This document shows positions 20,023 through 29,010 of a DNA stretch of 64,000 bases, piece by piece (position 1 is the first letter of the stretch; each line of letters starts with the position of its first letter). Position numbers and translations under genes: made by a program. Location: positions 12,094 to 76,093 of IMG/VR virus record IMGVR_UViG_3300023082_000002; one strand, written 5' to 3'. Below the pieces are notes generated by a model that was not told where the DNA came from, did no database searches, and saw only the letters and a list, made by a program, of their open reading frames with translations. This DNA is from a virus.

Positions 20023-21600
20023 TCAGTCATCAATCTCATCCTCTGCTTCTTCGGCCAGCAATGCAGCGATGAGTCGCTTCTTGAACGACCCGTCGTCGTT
20101 GATGATCGAGTTAAAGGTCTTGGTCTTGGTAGCCAGAATCTGCTCGACGCGGTTCTCGATGGTCTTGCGTACAATGTACTCGAAGACCTGGACGGGCTGT
20201 GACTCTGAGGCGCCGATGCGGTGGAGTCGGTCAATTGCCTGCTGATTAAGACCAGGCACGAACAACTTGTCGATGAAGAATGCGTGACGAGATGCGGTCA
20301 TGTTGAGTCCAACACCTGCGACCTGCAGCATGCAAACGATCGCGCCAGCCTTAGGCTGACCCTTCTCGTTTACATTGTTACTCCACTGGTGTACGATGGG
20401 CTGGCGCGTTTCAGACTTGATGTCACCGTGCAGTTCCCAGATATCAAAGTCCTCGTCCTTGTGCTTCTTGCCGTGCGCTTCGAGTCGCTGACAGAAGGCT
20501 TCTAGGACTGGCCTGAACTGAGTGAACACGACGATCTTGTGTCCCTCCTTCATGACAGCGATAGCGTCCTCGATCGCAAGGTCGAGTTTCGTGGAGATAT
20601 CCTCGCCAGTGAAGGGAAGGGTAGTGCCACAGATTTGCTTGAGACGCAGGAACTTCGTGAGAGCGTTCTCGATCTCCGTCTCGTTATCATCACCGTGCAT
20701 GGTGATCTTGAGGTTGTCCTTAGCCTCGTCGTAAAGCTTCTTCTGTTCAGGCGACAGGTCAACCTTGCGCTGGACAATCTGAACGTCGGGAAGATCGAGG
20801 ACCTCGGACTTGAGACGACGAATCATGTAGTTCTGGAGTCTTGACATCAACTCCTTTTCGTTCTTGACGCCGACGATAGCCTTGTCCTTGAAGCCACCGA
20901 AGACGCAGTAGCGGTTGATGAAACGCCAGTAATCAGGGAACGCGACCGGGTCCATCTTGTTCAGCAGTGACCACAGCTCGTTAACCTGGTTAAGGAGTGG
21001 GGTGCCAGTCAGCAGCATGGTGCGCTTGGTCTTGAGCATGTGCGCCGCGTGAGCCCTGGCTGCCCCCTTGGGCTTACCCTTGGCATCCACGCCCTGGTAG
21101 TTCTTGATGTAATGCGCCTCGTCGAAGATCGCTACATCAAAGCCAATGCGGTTCATTTCTTTGACATGCGGAATGAGTTGCTCGTAGTTGCAGACAAGCA
21201 TTTTTGGCCCGGTCCACTCCTTGAACTCGGCCAGTTGAGCCTCGCGAGCTTTTGGACCAAGCTTCTTCTTGCTTCCGTCGTCCTTGATCTCTTCACCAAA
21301 CATCATGAAGCGAATCGGTTCTGCTGTGACAGTGCTTCCGCCCGTGAACTTCTCGATCTCGTCAGCCCAGTTGCCGCGCAGTGTAACTGGGGCAACGATG
21401 ATGACCTTGCTGATCCAGTTGCGGTAGAAGTCGATCGCACAGACGGTGAGTGCCTGCAAGGACTTACCAAGACCCATGTCGTCAGCGCAAAGGAAGTTCG
21501 TCATGTAAGCCATTTGACGAACGCCAGTAATCTGGTGCTCGTAGTATTTGACTGAGTCCTTAATGAACGGCTCAAGGCTGCCGCGTGGCTCAGTGGTCAA
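20023..21600 (-). CDS. SNF2-family DNA helicase
   Basis: DDMGLGKS, DEAH, LTGTP, GVGLNMT, QAIDRLHRIG. Confidence 0.92.
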   Translation of the reverse strand: MTTEPRGSLEPFIKDSVKYYEHQITGVRQMAYMTNFLCADDMGLGKSLQALTVCAIDFYRNWISKVIIVAPVTLRGNWADEIEKFTGGSTVTAEPIRFMMFGEEIKDDGSKKKLGPKAREAQLAEFKEWTGPKMLVCNYEQLIPHVKEMNRIGFDVAIFDEAHYIKNYQGVDAKGKPKGAARAHAAHMLKTKRTMLLTGTPLLNQVNELWSLLNKMDPVAFPDYWRFINRYCVFGGFKDKAIVGVKNEKELMSRLQNYMIRRLKSEVLDLPDVQIVQRKVDLSPEQKKLYDEAKDNLKITMHGDDNETEIENALTKFLRLKQICGTTLPFTGEDISTKLDLAIEDAIAVMKEGHKIVVFTQFRPVLEAFCQRLEAHGKKHKDEDFDIWELHGDIKSETRQPIVHQWSNNVNEKGQPKAGAIVCMLQVAGVGLNMTASRHAFFIDKLFVPGLNQQAIDRLHRIGASESQPVQVFEYIVRKTIENRVEQILATKTKTFNSIINDDGSFKKRLIAALLAEEAEDEIDD

Positions 21601-21850
21601 GACTCTTCACCTCCTTGCCGTCAAACTCGAACTGCATGAAGTGGTACTTGGTTTCGCCGGCTTCGCGCTTCTCGATGAAGACTACTCTTTCATCCTTCAT
21701 CCAATCCTGGACGAGGTTGAAGTAGTGTAGCGCCTGGGTGTCGTTACTAGGCGCAGACGTCGTGTGAAGAACTTCAAGGTCTGCGTTCCGATACCTGTAC
21801 GCCGGTCCGGGCTCGGTAACGATAGGGGCTGGGCCAAGGTCGAGTGTCAT
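21590..21850 (-). CDS. Hypothetical protein
   Basis: MTLDLGPAP...; TAATG coupling. Confidence 0.5.
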   Translation of the reverse strand: MTLDLGPAPIVTEPGPAYRYRNADLEVLHTTSAPSNDTQALHYFNLVQDWMKDERVVFIEKREAGETKYHFMQFEFDGKEVKSLDH

Positions 21851-22044
21851 TAGAAGAGCTTCTCCTGATCGGGTGCCTGACCATCCTTGAGTAGAACGAT
21901 GCAGGCTTGATGTGCAACTTTGCCAGTACGAGATCGCGCCGTAGCGCCGTCTTGCTTGGGACCATGGACCCACACTCTGACTTCGTAGTAGTTGGTCGGA
22001 TCATCCGAGACTACAGAATCTCCACAAAGTTCACACGTTGCCAT
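21850..22044 (-). CDS. Small Cys/His protein
   Basis: CELC...HQAC; SD GGGGAG. Confidence 0.5.
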   Translation of the reverse strand: MATCELCGDSVVSDDPTNYYEVRVWVHGPKQDGATARSRTGKVAHQACIVLLKDGQAPDQEKLF

Positions 22045-22192
22045 GATGCTCCCCCTTTGTGCAGCGACAGAGTGTCGGTCCATTGATACCAAGCCGCGCA
22101 CGCACAGCGTCCATGCAGTCCTTGCATTCGTGTTCTTTGCACCTGGTGCAGACGAATCGGTTGACTTGAGGACGCTGTGCGTGGCGAGCCAT
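22031..22192 (-). CDS. Small Cys-rich protein
   Basis: CTRC..H.C.DC...CRC; SD AGGAG. Confidence 0.5.
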   Translation of the reverse strand: MARHAQRPQVNRFVCTRCKEHECKDCMDAVRARLGINGPTLCRCTKGEHHGNV

Positions 22193-22199
22193 GGTACTC

Positions 22200-22544
22200 C
22201 TACTTCTTGCCGATGTTGCCGAGCTGTGCGGCCTGTGCGGCATTCGGGATGACGAGCTTCGGCTTACTGGCAGCCGCAGCCTGCTCGTCGTAATCCTTCC
22301 TCATCGCAATGAGCTGGTCCTGGATCGTCTCCGCAAACTTGATCTCGAAGTCAAGCTTCTGATCTTCTGTGATGATACCCCACTCGACCAGGTGGATGAT
22401 GAATGTATTGAGCCGCAGCTCAACAGTATTCATCGCCGTGCCGGGTGGGAGCGCTGCTTTCAGAAAGTTCCAGCGCTCGTCGCAATCCTTGAATAGCGAC
22501 TGAAGGTACTCGATCTTCTCTTCTGGTGTCTTGTTCTTGGTCAT
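22200..22544 (-). CDS. Hypothetical protein
   Basis: MTKNKTPEE...; ATGA overlap. Confidence 0.55.
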   Translation of the reverse strand: MTKNKTPEEKIEYLQSLFKDCDERWNFLKAALPPGTAMNTVELRLNTFIIHLVEWGIITEDQKLDFEIKFAETIQDQLIAMRKDYDEQAAAASKPKLVIPNAAQAAQLGNIGKK

Positions 22545-23110
22545 CCGAACATCGCCTTCTGCTGGCAGCCGTCGCAACCCTTGACGCCGGGCTCCTTGAC
22601 CATTCTGTCCTTGAGTGAAACGTATGGCTTCGTGCAGTTCGAGCACCTCACAGAAGGGTACTGATACTCGATAAAATCGAGACCATACTCATCCATGAGC
22701 TGCTGCTCTTCAGCAGGAACATTGGCAAGAAGCTCTTCGCCAGACATCTTCTCGAAGGACGGCTGGTAGTCAGTCCCCATCGGCGTTCCCGAGCCGGGGT
22801 TGTCGTACACCAGACCCTCGTGCGAACTCTCCTTGCCGAGTAGAACGCTCGGATCAAGCTCGGCGTGATCCTTGCCGCACGCAGGACAGATGTTGAACTT
22901 GTGGTACAGCATCGCTGCTGCAATCCCTGACAGATAGGACGCCGAGGGGTGCTCGTCATAGTTGAACAGCAAGGCGCGAAGCATTCGAAGCCCCTGCGCG
23001 TCCATGCTTTCAACCCACTCATGCATGTCGTGACGATGCGCCTCAGCATTGAGACGATGCTCCTCCATGTGAGCTTCGTACTCTTCGGGGGTCATACCAA
23101 AAGCAAACAT
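22541..23110 (-). CDS. Hypothetical Zn-binding protein
   Basis: CPAC, CSNC and CDGC motifs. Confidence 0.6.
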   Translation of the reverse strand: MFAFGMTPEEYEAHMEEHRLNAEAHRHDMHEWVESMDAQGLRMLRALLFNYDEHPSASYLSGIAAAMLYHKFNICPACGKDHAELDPSVLLGKESSHEGLVYDNPGSGTPMGTDYQPSFEKMSGEELLANVPAEEQQLMDEYGLDFIEYQYPSVRCSNCTKPYVSLKDRMVKEPGVKGCDGCQQKAMFG

Positions 23111-23130
23111 AATTCTCATTTCGTAGTAGA

Positions 23131-23167
23131 TAAAGAGAAGCCCCGGCACTCTCCACTATGCCGGGGC
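23131..23167 (-). terminator. Rho-independent terminator
   Basis: GCCCCGGCA/TGCCGGGGC stem followed by TTCTCTTTA on the minus strand. Confidence 0.7.
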
Positions 23168-23175
23168 GTCTCAGA

Positions 23176-24588
23176 TCAGAACGGCAGCGGCTTGCCTGCG
23201 CCAGGTGCGGACTGCTGGACGGGCTGCTGCTGAGCGACAGGCTGCTCAACAGCGGGCTGCTCGACCGGGGCGGGGGTCGGTTCGGGCTCAGCGGGTGCCG
23301 CATCCTCCGGGGCCGCTCCGACCTGCGCGGACCATCCGCCGACGAATGCCGGAGCGTCCGTCACGGGGGCAGCAGCGGCCTCCTGTGCTACCGGCTCGGG
23401 GGTCGGGTTGACCTCGAACGGCGGCGCGGCGGGCTGCTGCTGTGCCACGGGCTGCTGAGGCAGCTGCTCCTGTGGTGCAGCCTGCACGACGGGCGCCTGC
23501 TGAACCGGCTGCTGAGCAGGCGGCTGGTACTGCTGCTCAGCGGGGGTGCCCACGCTCGGTGCGGGTGCCTGCTGCTGGATCGGCTGAACCGGGGGCTGCT
23601 GAACCGGAGGCTGTTGGAACTGTGGCTGCTGCTGAACCGGCTGCTGCACGGGAGCGGGCGGCTGCTGCGCCACGGGCTGCTGATTGACCTGACCCTGGAT
23701 CGGCTGCTGATCCCACTGGGGCTGTCCCGGCGCCTGCTGTCCACCCCACGGGTTGTCCTGGGTAGGAGCCTGCTGTCCGCCCCACTGGTTGTTCGAGGGC
23801 TGCGGTGCGACAGCCTTCTCCTCTTCCTTGCGCGGCGGGACGATCAGGAAGTTGGACATCGAACGCCAGTGATCAGCGTACGAACGCCACTCGTTCGGAT
23901 CGGACTGCGGACCCATCGAGAAGAGCGGCACGCTGTACGGCGACTGCGTGTTGGCGTTCTCGATCTTGAGCGACACCTGCGTGACGACCTGGAACGGCGG
24001 CGTGCCCTGACGCTGGAACGACGACAGGTAGGAGCGCAGCGGCTTGAGCTGTGTCTTCTGGAAGGAGATGAGGGCGGGCACATACTCGCCCGTGCTCATC
24101 GGGTCATACATCACGGGCAGCGTGAACATCTCCGCACAGAAGGGCTTGTTGCCGTCGGGGTGGCTGCCCCACTCCTTGAGCTCGCACGAATCGCACGGCA
24201 GGGTCAGGCGTCCATCCGGGTCGAGCGTCAGCGTGCTCGGGTCGAAGTTGCTCTTGCCCCACGGGAACTGCTTGTCGGCGGGCTTGTCGCGGAGAGCGAG
24301 GTTGACGAAGCCGGTCTTGTGGTCGTTGCTCTTGCAGATCGGCATGTCGCCCGTGGTCTGACGCTCGGGCCACAGGATGCGCTGCTTGACCAGACCGAGC
24401 ACGATGAGGTTCAGGCTCTGGTAGGTCTGGTTGGTGAGGCTGTCCTGAAACAGACCTTCGCGGTGAAGAATCTTCAGGCGAGGCGTGACAAGGTCGGACG
24501 AATCGAACGACGCGAGGCCGTCGTATCCGTCGTAGTTGTCAGACGGGTTCATCGGAACCTGCGTGGGCTCTTGGGGGCTGATTGTCAT
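23176..24588 (-). CDS. Putative ssDNA-binding/recombination protein with long Q/P-rich tail
   Basis: PRLKI, PICKSND and PCDSCE..WG N-domain typical of phage SSB-like proteins; ends KPLPF; very high GC3. Confidence 0.55.
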   Translation of the reverse strand: MTISPQEPTQVPMNPSDNYDGYDGLASFDSSDLVTPRLKILHREGLFQDSLTNQTYQSLNLIVLGLVKQRILWPERQTTGDMPICKSNDHKTGFVNLALRDKPADKQFPWGKSNFDPSTLTLDPDGRLTLPCDSCELKEWGSHPDGNKPFCAEMFTLPVMYDPMSTGEYVPALISFQKTQLKPLRSYLSSFQRQGTPPFQVVTQVSLKIENANTQSPYSVPLFSMGPQSDPNEWRSYADHWRSMSNFLIVPPRKEEEKAVAPQPSNNQWGGQQAPTQDNPWGGQQAPGQPQWDQQPIQGQVNQQPVAQQPPAPVQQPVQQQPQFQQPPVQQPPVQPIQQQAPAPSVGTPAEQQYQPPAQQPVQQAPVVQAAPQEQLPQQPVAQQQPAAPPFEVNPTPEPVAQEAAAAPVTDAPAFVGGWSAQVGAAPEDAAPAEPEPTPAPVEQPAVEQPVAQQQPVQQSAPGAGKPLPF

Positions 24589-24606
24589 GCTTCTCCTGGC
24601 TTCGTG

Positions 24607-25050
24607 TTAGCGAGTTGGCGTTGTGTTGGCGTTGTTTTCTGCATTCTTGCATGCAGCCAGGAAGGTTAGATACCCACCCAGCTGGTTCATCCTCGCGGTA
24701 TATGCGTTGAGCAGGAATTCCTGCACCTTCGCATCTGCCTCGAGCCCTGCGATCTCCCCATTGAGGGAATTGAGCTCACGCTTAACACGCATGATCTCAG
24801 GGTCGTTGTGGCGTGCTTCCTTCTGGTAGTCGTTGACCGCAGTCTTCGACCAGTCAGGATGCATCTGCCGAGTAGCGACAAGCTTGGCAACCTCGCGGGT
24901 CTCCAACTCGAGGTCCAGGTTGCGACGCTTGTCCGTGCACCTGTCGAGGTCGGAGATAATCGCGTCGTACTCTTTATGCGCGGCTAGAGCATCTTCGTAC
25001 ACCTTGTGCACACCGAGGTTCTGCTCGGCGTAATCTACTGGTGACGGCAT
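24607..25050 (-). CDS. Coiled-coil hypothetical protein
   Basis: 147 aa, helical; own promoter. Confidence 0.6.
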   Translation of the reverse strand: MPSPVDYAEQNLGVHKVYEDALAAHKEYDAIISDLDRCTDKRRNLDLELETREVAKLVATRQMHPDWSKTAVNDYQKEARHNDPEIMRVKRELNSLNGEIAGLEADAKVQEFLLNAYTARMNQLGGYLTFLAACKNAENNANTTPTR

Positions 25051-25154
25051 GAGTCTGATCCTCGGTTCGGCGTGAATCGGTCGGCGTGGTCCATCGTAAC
25101 CTATCGTGACCGTATTAGGGTAGGCTAATTAGTGGGCTGCGCTATCGGTCTGAC

Positions 25155-25559
25155 TTACCGATAGCCTGGAGTGTGGAAGCGAATACCCTTGAAGCGTAGG
25201 TACTGAATGAAGTGTCGATCCAGTACTCGCCACTCGGGCGTCTGTCCTTCAGGGGCAAGATTGGTAGCAACCAGCTTACCCTTTGATGCTACACCAGTTG
25301 ATCGGCCCATGTAAAACAGCATCCGCGAAAGTCCGGTCTCGGATATCTGAAGCATGGTTGCCACCTGCTCGATGGTAAAGAAGAAGGGTGTAGGAGGCAG
25401 GCCGACCTTCTCGGCGTCGCGATGTGACATAGAGTCTTGACCTTCCTTGAATCCAGCAGCGAAAGCTTCGCTCCAGACCGTACGCTTTCCGTCACCCATT
25501 ACTGAGTGCTTGGCCGCTTCGGATGCACGCCAGTGTCGATCTTCGAGCGAAGCACTCAC
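25155..25559 (-). CDS. HTH DNA-binding protein
   Basis: FTIEQVATMLQISE...EWRV. Confidence 0.65.
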   Translation of the reverse strand: MSASLEDRHWRASEAAKHSVMGDGKRTVWSEAFAAGFKEGQDSMSHRDAEKVGLPPTPFFFTIEQVATMLQISETGLSRMLFYMGRSTGVASKGKLVATNLAPEGQTPEWRVLDRHFIQYLRFKGIRFHTPGYR

Positions 25560-25945
25560 GACTTTGCCTCAATGTCGCGCACGTGCTCAAGCTTGATGAA
25601 ACCACGCTCCCGCTCGCTGACATAACGCGGCACAGCGTCCATCGTCTGTTCGTCGCGAGTCTGGGTGTGGGTCGTAGTGTGAGTACGCCAGTGCTGAATC
25701 CACGGCACGACATCGGCCTCGAGCTCGACCTTATCGAGGGCTGTAGCGACTTCAACTGCCGAACTTGTCGACACCTTCCACGCCTCCTCCTCGGTGCGAC
25801 AATACTCCTTGACCATTACGGGAGTCTTCTGGTCGACCTGATATCCGGCCCTCCAGTACTCTTCCCACGATGTCGAACGCTCACGCTCTGCGGCGTTCGG
25901 CTTGTCCCAGTACTTCGGATCATACGGCTTGCGTTCGCGAACCAT
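25556..25945 (-). CDS. Hypothetical protein
   Basis: Translationally coupled ORF. Confidence 0.55.
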   Translation of the reverse strand: MVRERKPYDPKYWDKPNAAERERSTSWEEYWRAGYQVDQKTPVMVKEYCRTEEEAWKVSTSSAVEVATALDKVELEADVVPWIQHWRTHTTTHTQTRDEQTMDAVPRYVSERERGFIKLEHVRDIEAKS

Positions 25946-26151
25946 TACATCTCCTCGATCATGAGCCAGAACGTCGGGCCGGTCGAGGTTGCATTACCCT
26001 CGCCGTCGTCCGATGTCGGCTCGTACTCCAGAGGAGCGAGCAGGGTATACATCTTTCCTGTCGCTATATCTTTGGCGATGACCGGCGTGTCGGTCTGGTT
26101 GGTCGACTGCATCTGGTGCTTGACCTGACGGTGTAATCCGAAGATGTCCAT
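25945..26151 (-). CDS. Hypothetical protein
   Basis: TAATG coupling on both sides. Confidence 0.5.
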   Translation of the reverse strand: MDIFGLHRQVKHQMQSTNQTDTPVIAKDIATGKMYTLLAPLEYEPTSDDGEGNATSTGPTFWLMIEEM

Positions 26152-26954
26152 TACTTCCTCCTGATTGCTCGGCGCGCTTCACCCTGTGCGGAGCGAGTGC
26201 TGTTCTTGAACTTACGCTTAGCCTCTTCGAGGTCAGCGATAGTCTGGTTTTTCTTGGCCGTATAGTCGACGAATCGCACGGGCTTAGTAGCAGTCTCTGC
26301 GAACCCCATCTGCACCCAGCGCTTCCAGACAGCGTCAATCGCGCCGGTCGAGGGCTCCTGGCCGCCCTGCTTTCCGCCGATATACTTAGCGATCTCCTTG
26401 GGAGTGACCAGCACCTCGTCGGGCCAGATATCCATAGCCTTGTTGCACGCCTCAAGTACTTGATACTCGAGCTGCCCCTTGGTTCGTCGACCAGAGTCGG
26501 TCTCATGGAAGACGTGACCCTTAAGAATGCTGTCGGGAGTTAGTTCCTCACCAACGATAGCCTTCTTGTCGATCGGACCCTGACGCTTGGACGGTCCACC
26601 GAAGTCAGTATGCGCGGTCGGGTCGGGGCGCAAGTAGCTTCCCATGTCGGGGCGATACTCGGGATTTTCTACAAGCCTGCGCTCCTCGCCAAGCATTGCA
26701 AAGATTTCATCTTGCTCGATGTGGCAGACACATGTGCACGTAGTCCAGAAGGCACAGGTCTTGAGTGACTTGCCTTCGAAGTTGCGAGGACGGGTACCTT
26801 CGCAGTGGCCGTTTCCGCAGAACCCTGTGAAGTGAGTCCGATCGGGGTGGTCTTTCTGCTTCTTCTTGATGCGGGTCTTGAGCCATGCCCCGCGATCGAA
26901 GGTCTTAGTCTTTGTCTTCGTTGGCACGACGAGTCTCCTCCATGTAAAGATCAA
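26151..26954 (-). CDS. Zn-binding plus winged-helix protein (PSTGAI family; start may be GTG ~26927)
   Basis: GFC..GHC, CTCVCH; VTPKEIA...PSTGAIDAVW. Confidence 0.65.
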   Translation of the reverse strand: MIFTWRRLVVPTKTKTKTFDRGAWLKTRIKKKQKDHPDRTHFTGFCGNGHCEGTRPRNFEGKSLKTCAFWTTCTCVCHIEQDEIFAMLGEERRLVENPEYRPDMGSYLRPDPTAHTDFGGPSKRQGPIDKKAIVGEELTPDSILKGHVFHETDSGRRTKGQLEYQVLEACNKAMDIWPDEVLVTPKEIAKYIGGKQGGQEPSTGAIDAVWKRWVQMGFAETATKPVRFVDYTAKKNQTIADLEEAKRKFKNSTRSAQGEARRAIRRK

Positions 26955-27144
26955 TCTCGGCTACGTGAAGCTCGGCATGACCCGTGACGAATGCGTAGTG
27001 CTGCTCTGGCTTCTCGTCGGTAGTCAGAACCATCTGCTCTACGACAACGTACCCAGCGCGTGACAGATTTGCAATCACTGATCGCACGGCGTCTAGAGTG
27101 TCGTCGTGGTCCGTGTCCATCTCGATGATAACTTTTCGAGTCAT
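26905..27144 (-). CDS. Hypothetical protein
   Basis: MTRKVIIEM... Confidence 0.5.
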   Translation of the reverse strand: MTRKVIIEMDTDHDDTLDAVRSVIANLSRAGYVVVEQMVLTTDEKPEQHYAFVTGHAELHVAEIDLYMEETRRANEDKD

Positions 27145-27350
27145 TCTTTCTGTGCCCACTTTCCAAGCGCAAAGACTCCGTAGCCGAGCAGTCCGACCGG
27201 CCATGCGATGACCGTGGCAAGAACCAAAAAAGCTGCCTCTATCTCGCTTACGCTACCGGAGTAGAAGGTGCTATTCTCTCGCAGCCCGAAAACTATGAAC
27301 ACACCAGCGATCACCCACAGGATAGCGGCTGGCACAAATAGCCAGATCAT
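27141..27350 (-). CDS. Small 2-TM membrane protein
   Basis: Two hydrophobic helices; WP motif. Confidence 0.6.
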   Translation of the reverse strand: MIWLFVPAAILWVIAGVFIVFGLRENSTFYSGSVSEIEAAFLVLATVIAWPVGLLGYGVFALGKWAQKE

Positions 27351-27562
27351 CGCAGCGGCCTCGGCTTCCTGGTGATCTCATCGACATTGAGACCCAGGTT
27401 TGTGCGCCGACACTTGGGGCACCAAGGCGGACGGGCATCGCGATGCTGGCGAACCTCGTGCGGACCGACGCACGACTCGGCCACCGCCTTTGCCAACTCG
27501 TCCTGCGCCTTGAGGTACTTCTTTCTCAGACGATCGACCTCGGTCTGCTGTTCGACAGTCAT
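27347..27562 (-). CDS. Hypothetical protein
   Basis: QHRDARPPWCPKC. Confidence 0.55.
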   Translation of the reverse strand: MTVEQQTEVDRLRKKYLKAQDELAKAVAESCVGPHEVRQHRDARPPWCPKCRRTNLGLNVDEITRKPRPLR

Positions 27563-27720
27563 GCGTCCACCGCCATTGCCAGAGCATCAAGGTCGACACG
27601 TCCGTCTATGACTGCATGACACTTGTCGTCATCGAATGCCAGCCAACCAAGGCCCAGGCCCCGATGATTCTCGTCATACTGACGTTCAAGTTCTGCGACG
27701 ATCTTCTCGAGGGTTTTCAT
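27559..27720 (-). CDS. 53-aa hypothetical protein (not in ORF track)
   Basis: MKTLEKIVAELERQYD...; ATGA overlaps. Confidence 0.5.
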   Translation of the reverse strand: MKTLEKIVAELERQYDENHRGLGLGWLAFDDDKCHAVIDGRVDLDALAMAVDA

Positions 27721-27878
27721 GAGAATGTCACGTAATCTGACGTGTCGATCCCGATGACATTCGACCCCTTGCGGCCTGCAAACTCCTTGTCGAACTCGGC
27801 CTTGTCGGTCGTGTCCGTCATGAGAATCCAGCTCCCGTCATCGGGATTCTGAACAAGCATCAGGTAGTGGGTTTCCAT
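27717..27878 (-). CDS. 53-aa hypothetical protein (not in ORF track)
   Basis: METHYLMLVQNPDDGSW...; TAATG and ATGA overlaps. Confidence 0.5.
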   Translation of the reverse strand: METHYLMLVQNPDDGSWILMTDTTDKAEFDKEFAGRKGSNVIGIDTSDYVTFS

Positions 27879-28714
27879 TAGAACTGAACCGCCTCTCGCA
27901 GCGCCGCTTCATTGACGCCTGTGTAGATTTCTGTCGTGGTGACGTTGCCGTGACCCAGGAGCTCCTGGACCAGTCGAATGTTGCGCGTTCTCTCAAACAC
28001 CAGGGTGGCGAATGTGTGACGCATGTCGTGTGATGCGATCGGTCGTGACAGCTTTGCACGCTCGCCCAGTGCTGTGATGACCCGACGGGCTGGTCGATCA
28101 GAGTAGGTAATGAGACAGGAGTCATTACCTCTAAGGATCGCCTCGGCGTAGCACTCCGAGATAGCGGCCCATGCTTCATCGGACACAGGTACGATGCGGG
28201 TCTTGTCACCCTTGCCGCGAATCGAAACGGTCATATCGTGCAGATTGAACCACGAAGGACGAGTGTCACGTGCCTCACTGATGCGGCATCCGATAAGTCC
28301 GGTCAGGCTAACAAGGGCCTTTTGCTCGGGGTTGGACGCCGCATCAATCATACGAAGCAAACCATCCTTGCCCTCGCTGATCGGGTGTGCGATGCCACGA
28401 GCGGTGTGCGGCGGCATGTAGTCATCGAGGATCAGCGGGTCACCCGCCCACTTCGCCCACACCTTGACCGAAGTGAGGCGGCGTCCAGTTGTCTTGGGCG
28501 AGAGGAGGGGTCGACTCAGGTTCAGCCACTTCTGTGCTGCTTCCTCCAGGGACTCCATCGGAATCGCCGTCTTCCCCGACTCCGCTAGAAGAATCAGAAG
28601 GTCCGACCGATACGCCTTGCATGTATGCTTCGACAGCCCCCTTCCTAAACACCACGCGTGGAACTGCTCGATAGACTCTGTCGAAAGAGTCGTCGCCCGC
28701 TGCAAACGCTTCAT
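27878..28714 (-). CDS. XerC/D-like tyrosine recombinase
   Basis: GCRISE (R), RGKGDK (K), HDMRH, VQELLGH, TTEIY (Y); 278 aa with no arm-binding domain. Confidence 0.9.
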   Translation of the reverse strand: MKRLQRATTLSTESIEQFHAWCLGRGLSKHTCKAYRSDLLILLAESGKTAIPMESLEEAAQKWLNLSRPLLSPKTTGRRLTSVKVWAKWAGDPLILDDYMPPHTARGIAHPISEGKDGLLRMIDAASNPEQKALVSLTGLIGCRISEARDTRPSWFNLHDMTVSIRGKGDKTRIVPVSDEAWAAISECYAEAILRGNDSCLITYSDRPARRVITALGERAKLSRPIASHDMRHTFATLVFERTRNIRLVQELLGHGNVTTTEIYTGVNEAALREAVQF

Positions 28715-29009
28715 CTGCTATCTCGTCTCTCCGTCGTGCGACGGGTAAGGCCAACTCGAATGCGTGGTCGATAACCTGCTTGATTGCAAGCAGCTCTGCT
28801 TCAGTCATTGTCGTAAGGTTGAGCATCGACCCACCAACCCTGCCCATTTGACCTGTTCCGAGGATCAGGTCATCGTTCACTTCCTTGGTGCTCGCCTGGG
28901 CAATAATCGTAACCTTGCCAGACTCAACCGTACACCATGCGATATTGTCTGCGGGCGTGCGGTCAGCGTTTGCTCCGTACTTTCGTCCACCGACGCGAGG
29001 CTTAGCCAT
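28440..29009 (-). CDS. Hypothetical protein overlapping the recombinase 5' end
   Basis: 189 aa; SD GGGAG; 275-bp overlap. Confidence 0.55.
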   Translation of the reverse strand: MAKPRVGGRKYGANADRTPADNIAWCTVESGKVTIIAQASTKEVNDDLILGTGQMGRVGGSMLNLTTMTEAELLAIKQVIDHAFELALPVARRRDEIADEAFAAGDDSFDRVYRAVPRVVFRKGAVEAYMQGVSVGPSDSSSGVGEDGDSDGVPGGSSTEVAEPESTPPLAQDNWTPPHFGQGVGEVGG

Positions 29010-29010
29010 G

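Noticed and set aside
23158-24669. 503-aa plus-strand ORF (likewise 41237-42211, 31874-32740, 47394-48056, 8214-8969)
   Set aside because: Antisense shadows of high-GC3 genes with implausible L/R-rich composition
27878-28714. Classical integrase/immunity cassette
   Set aside because: No adjacent attP-like gap or divergent repressor; the gene is embedded in a coupled operon and lacks an arm-binding domain
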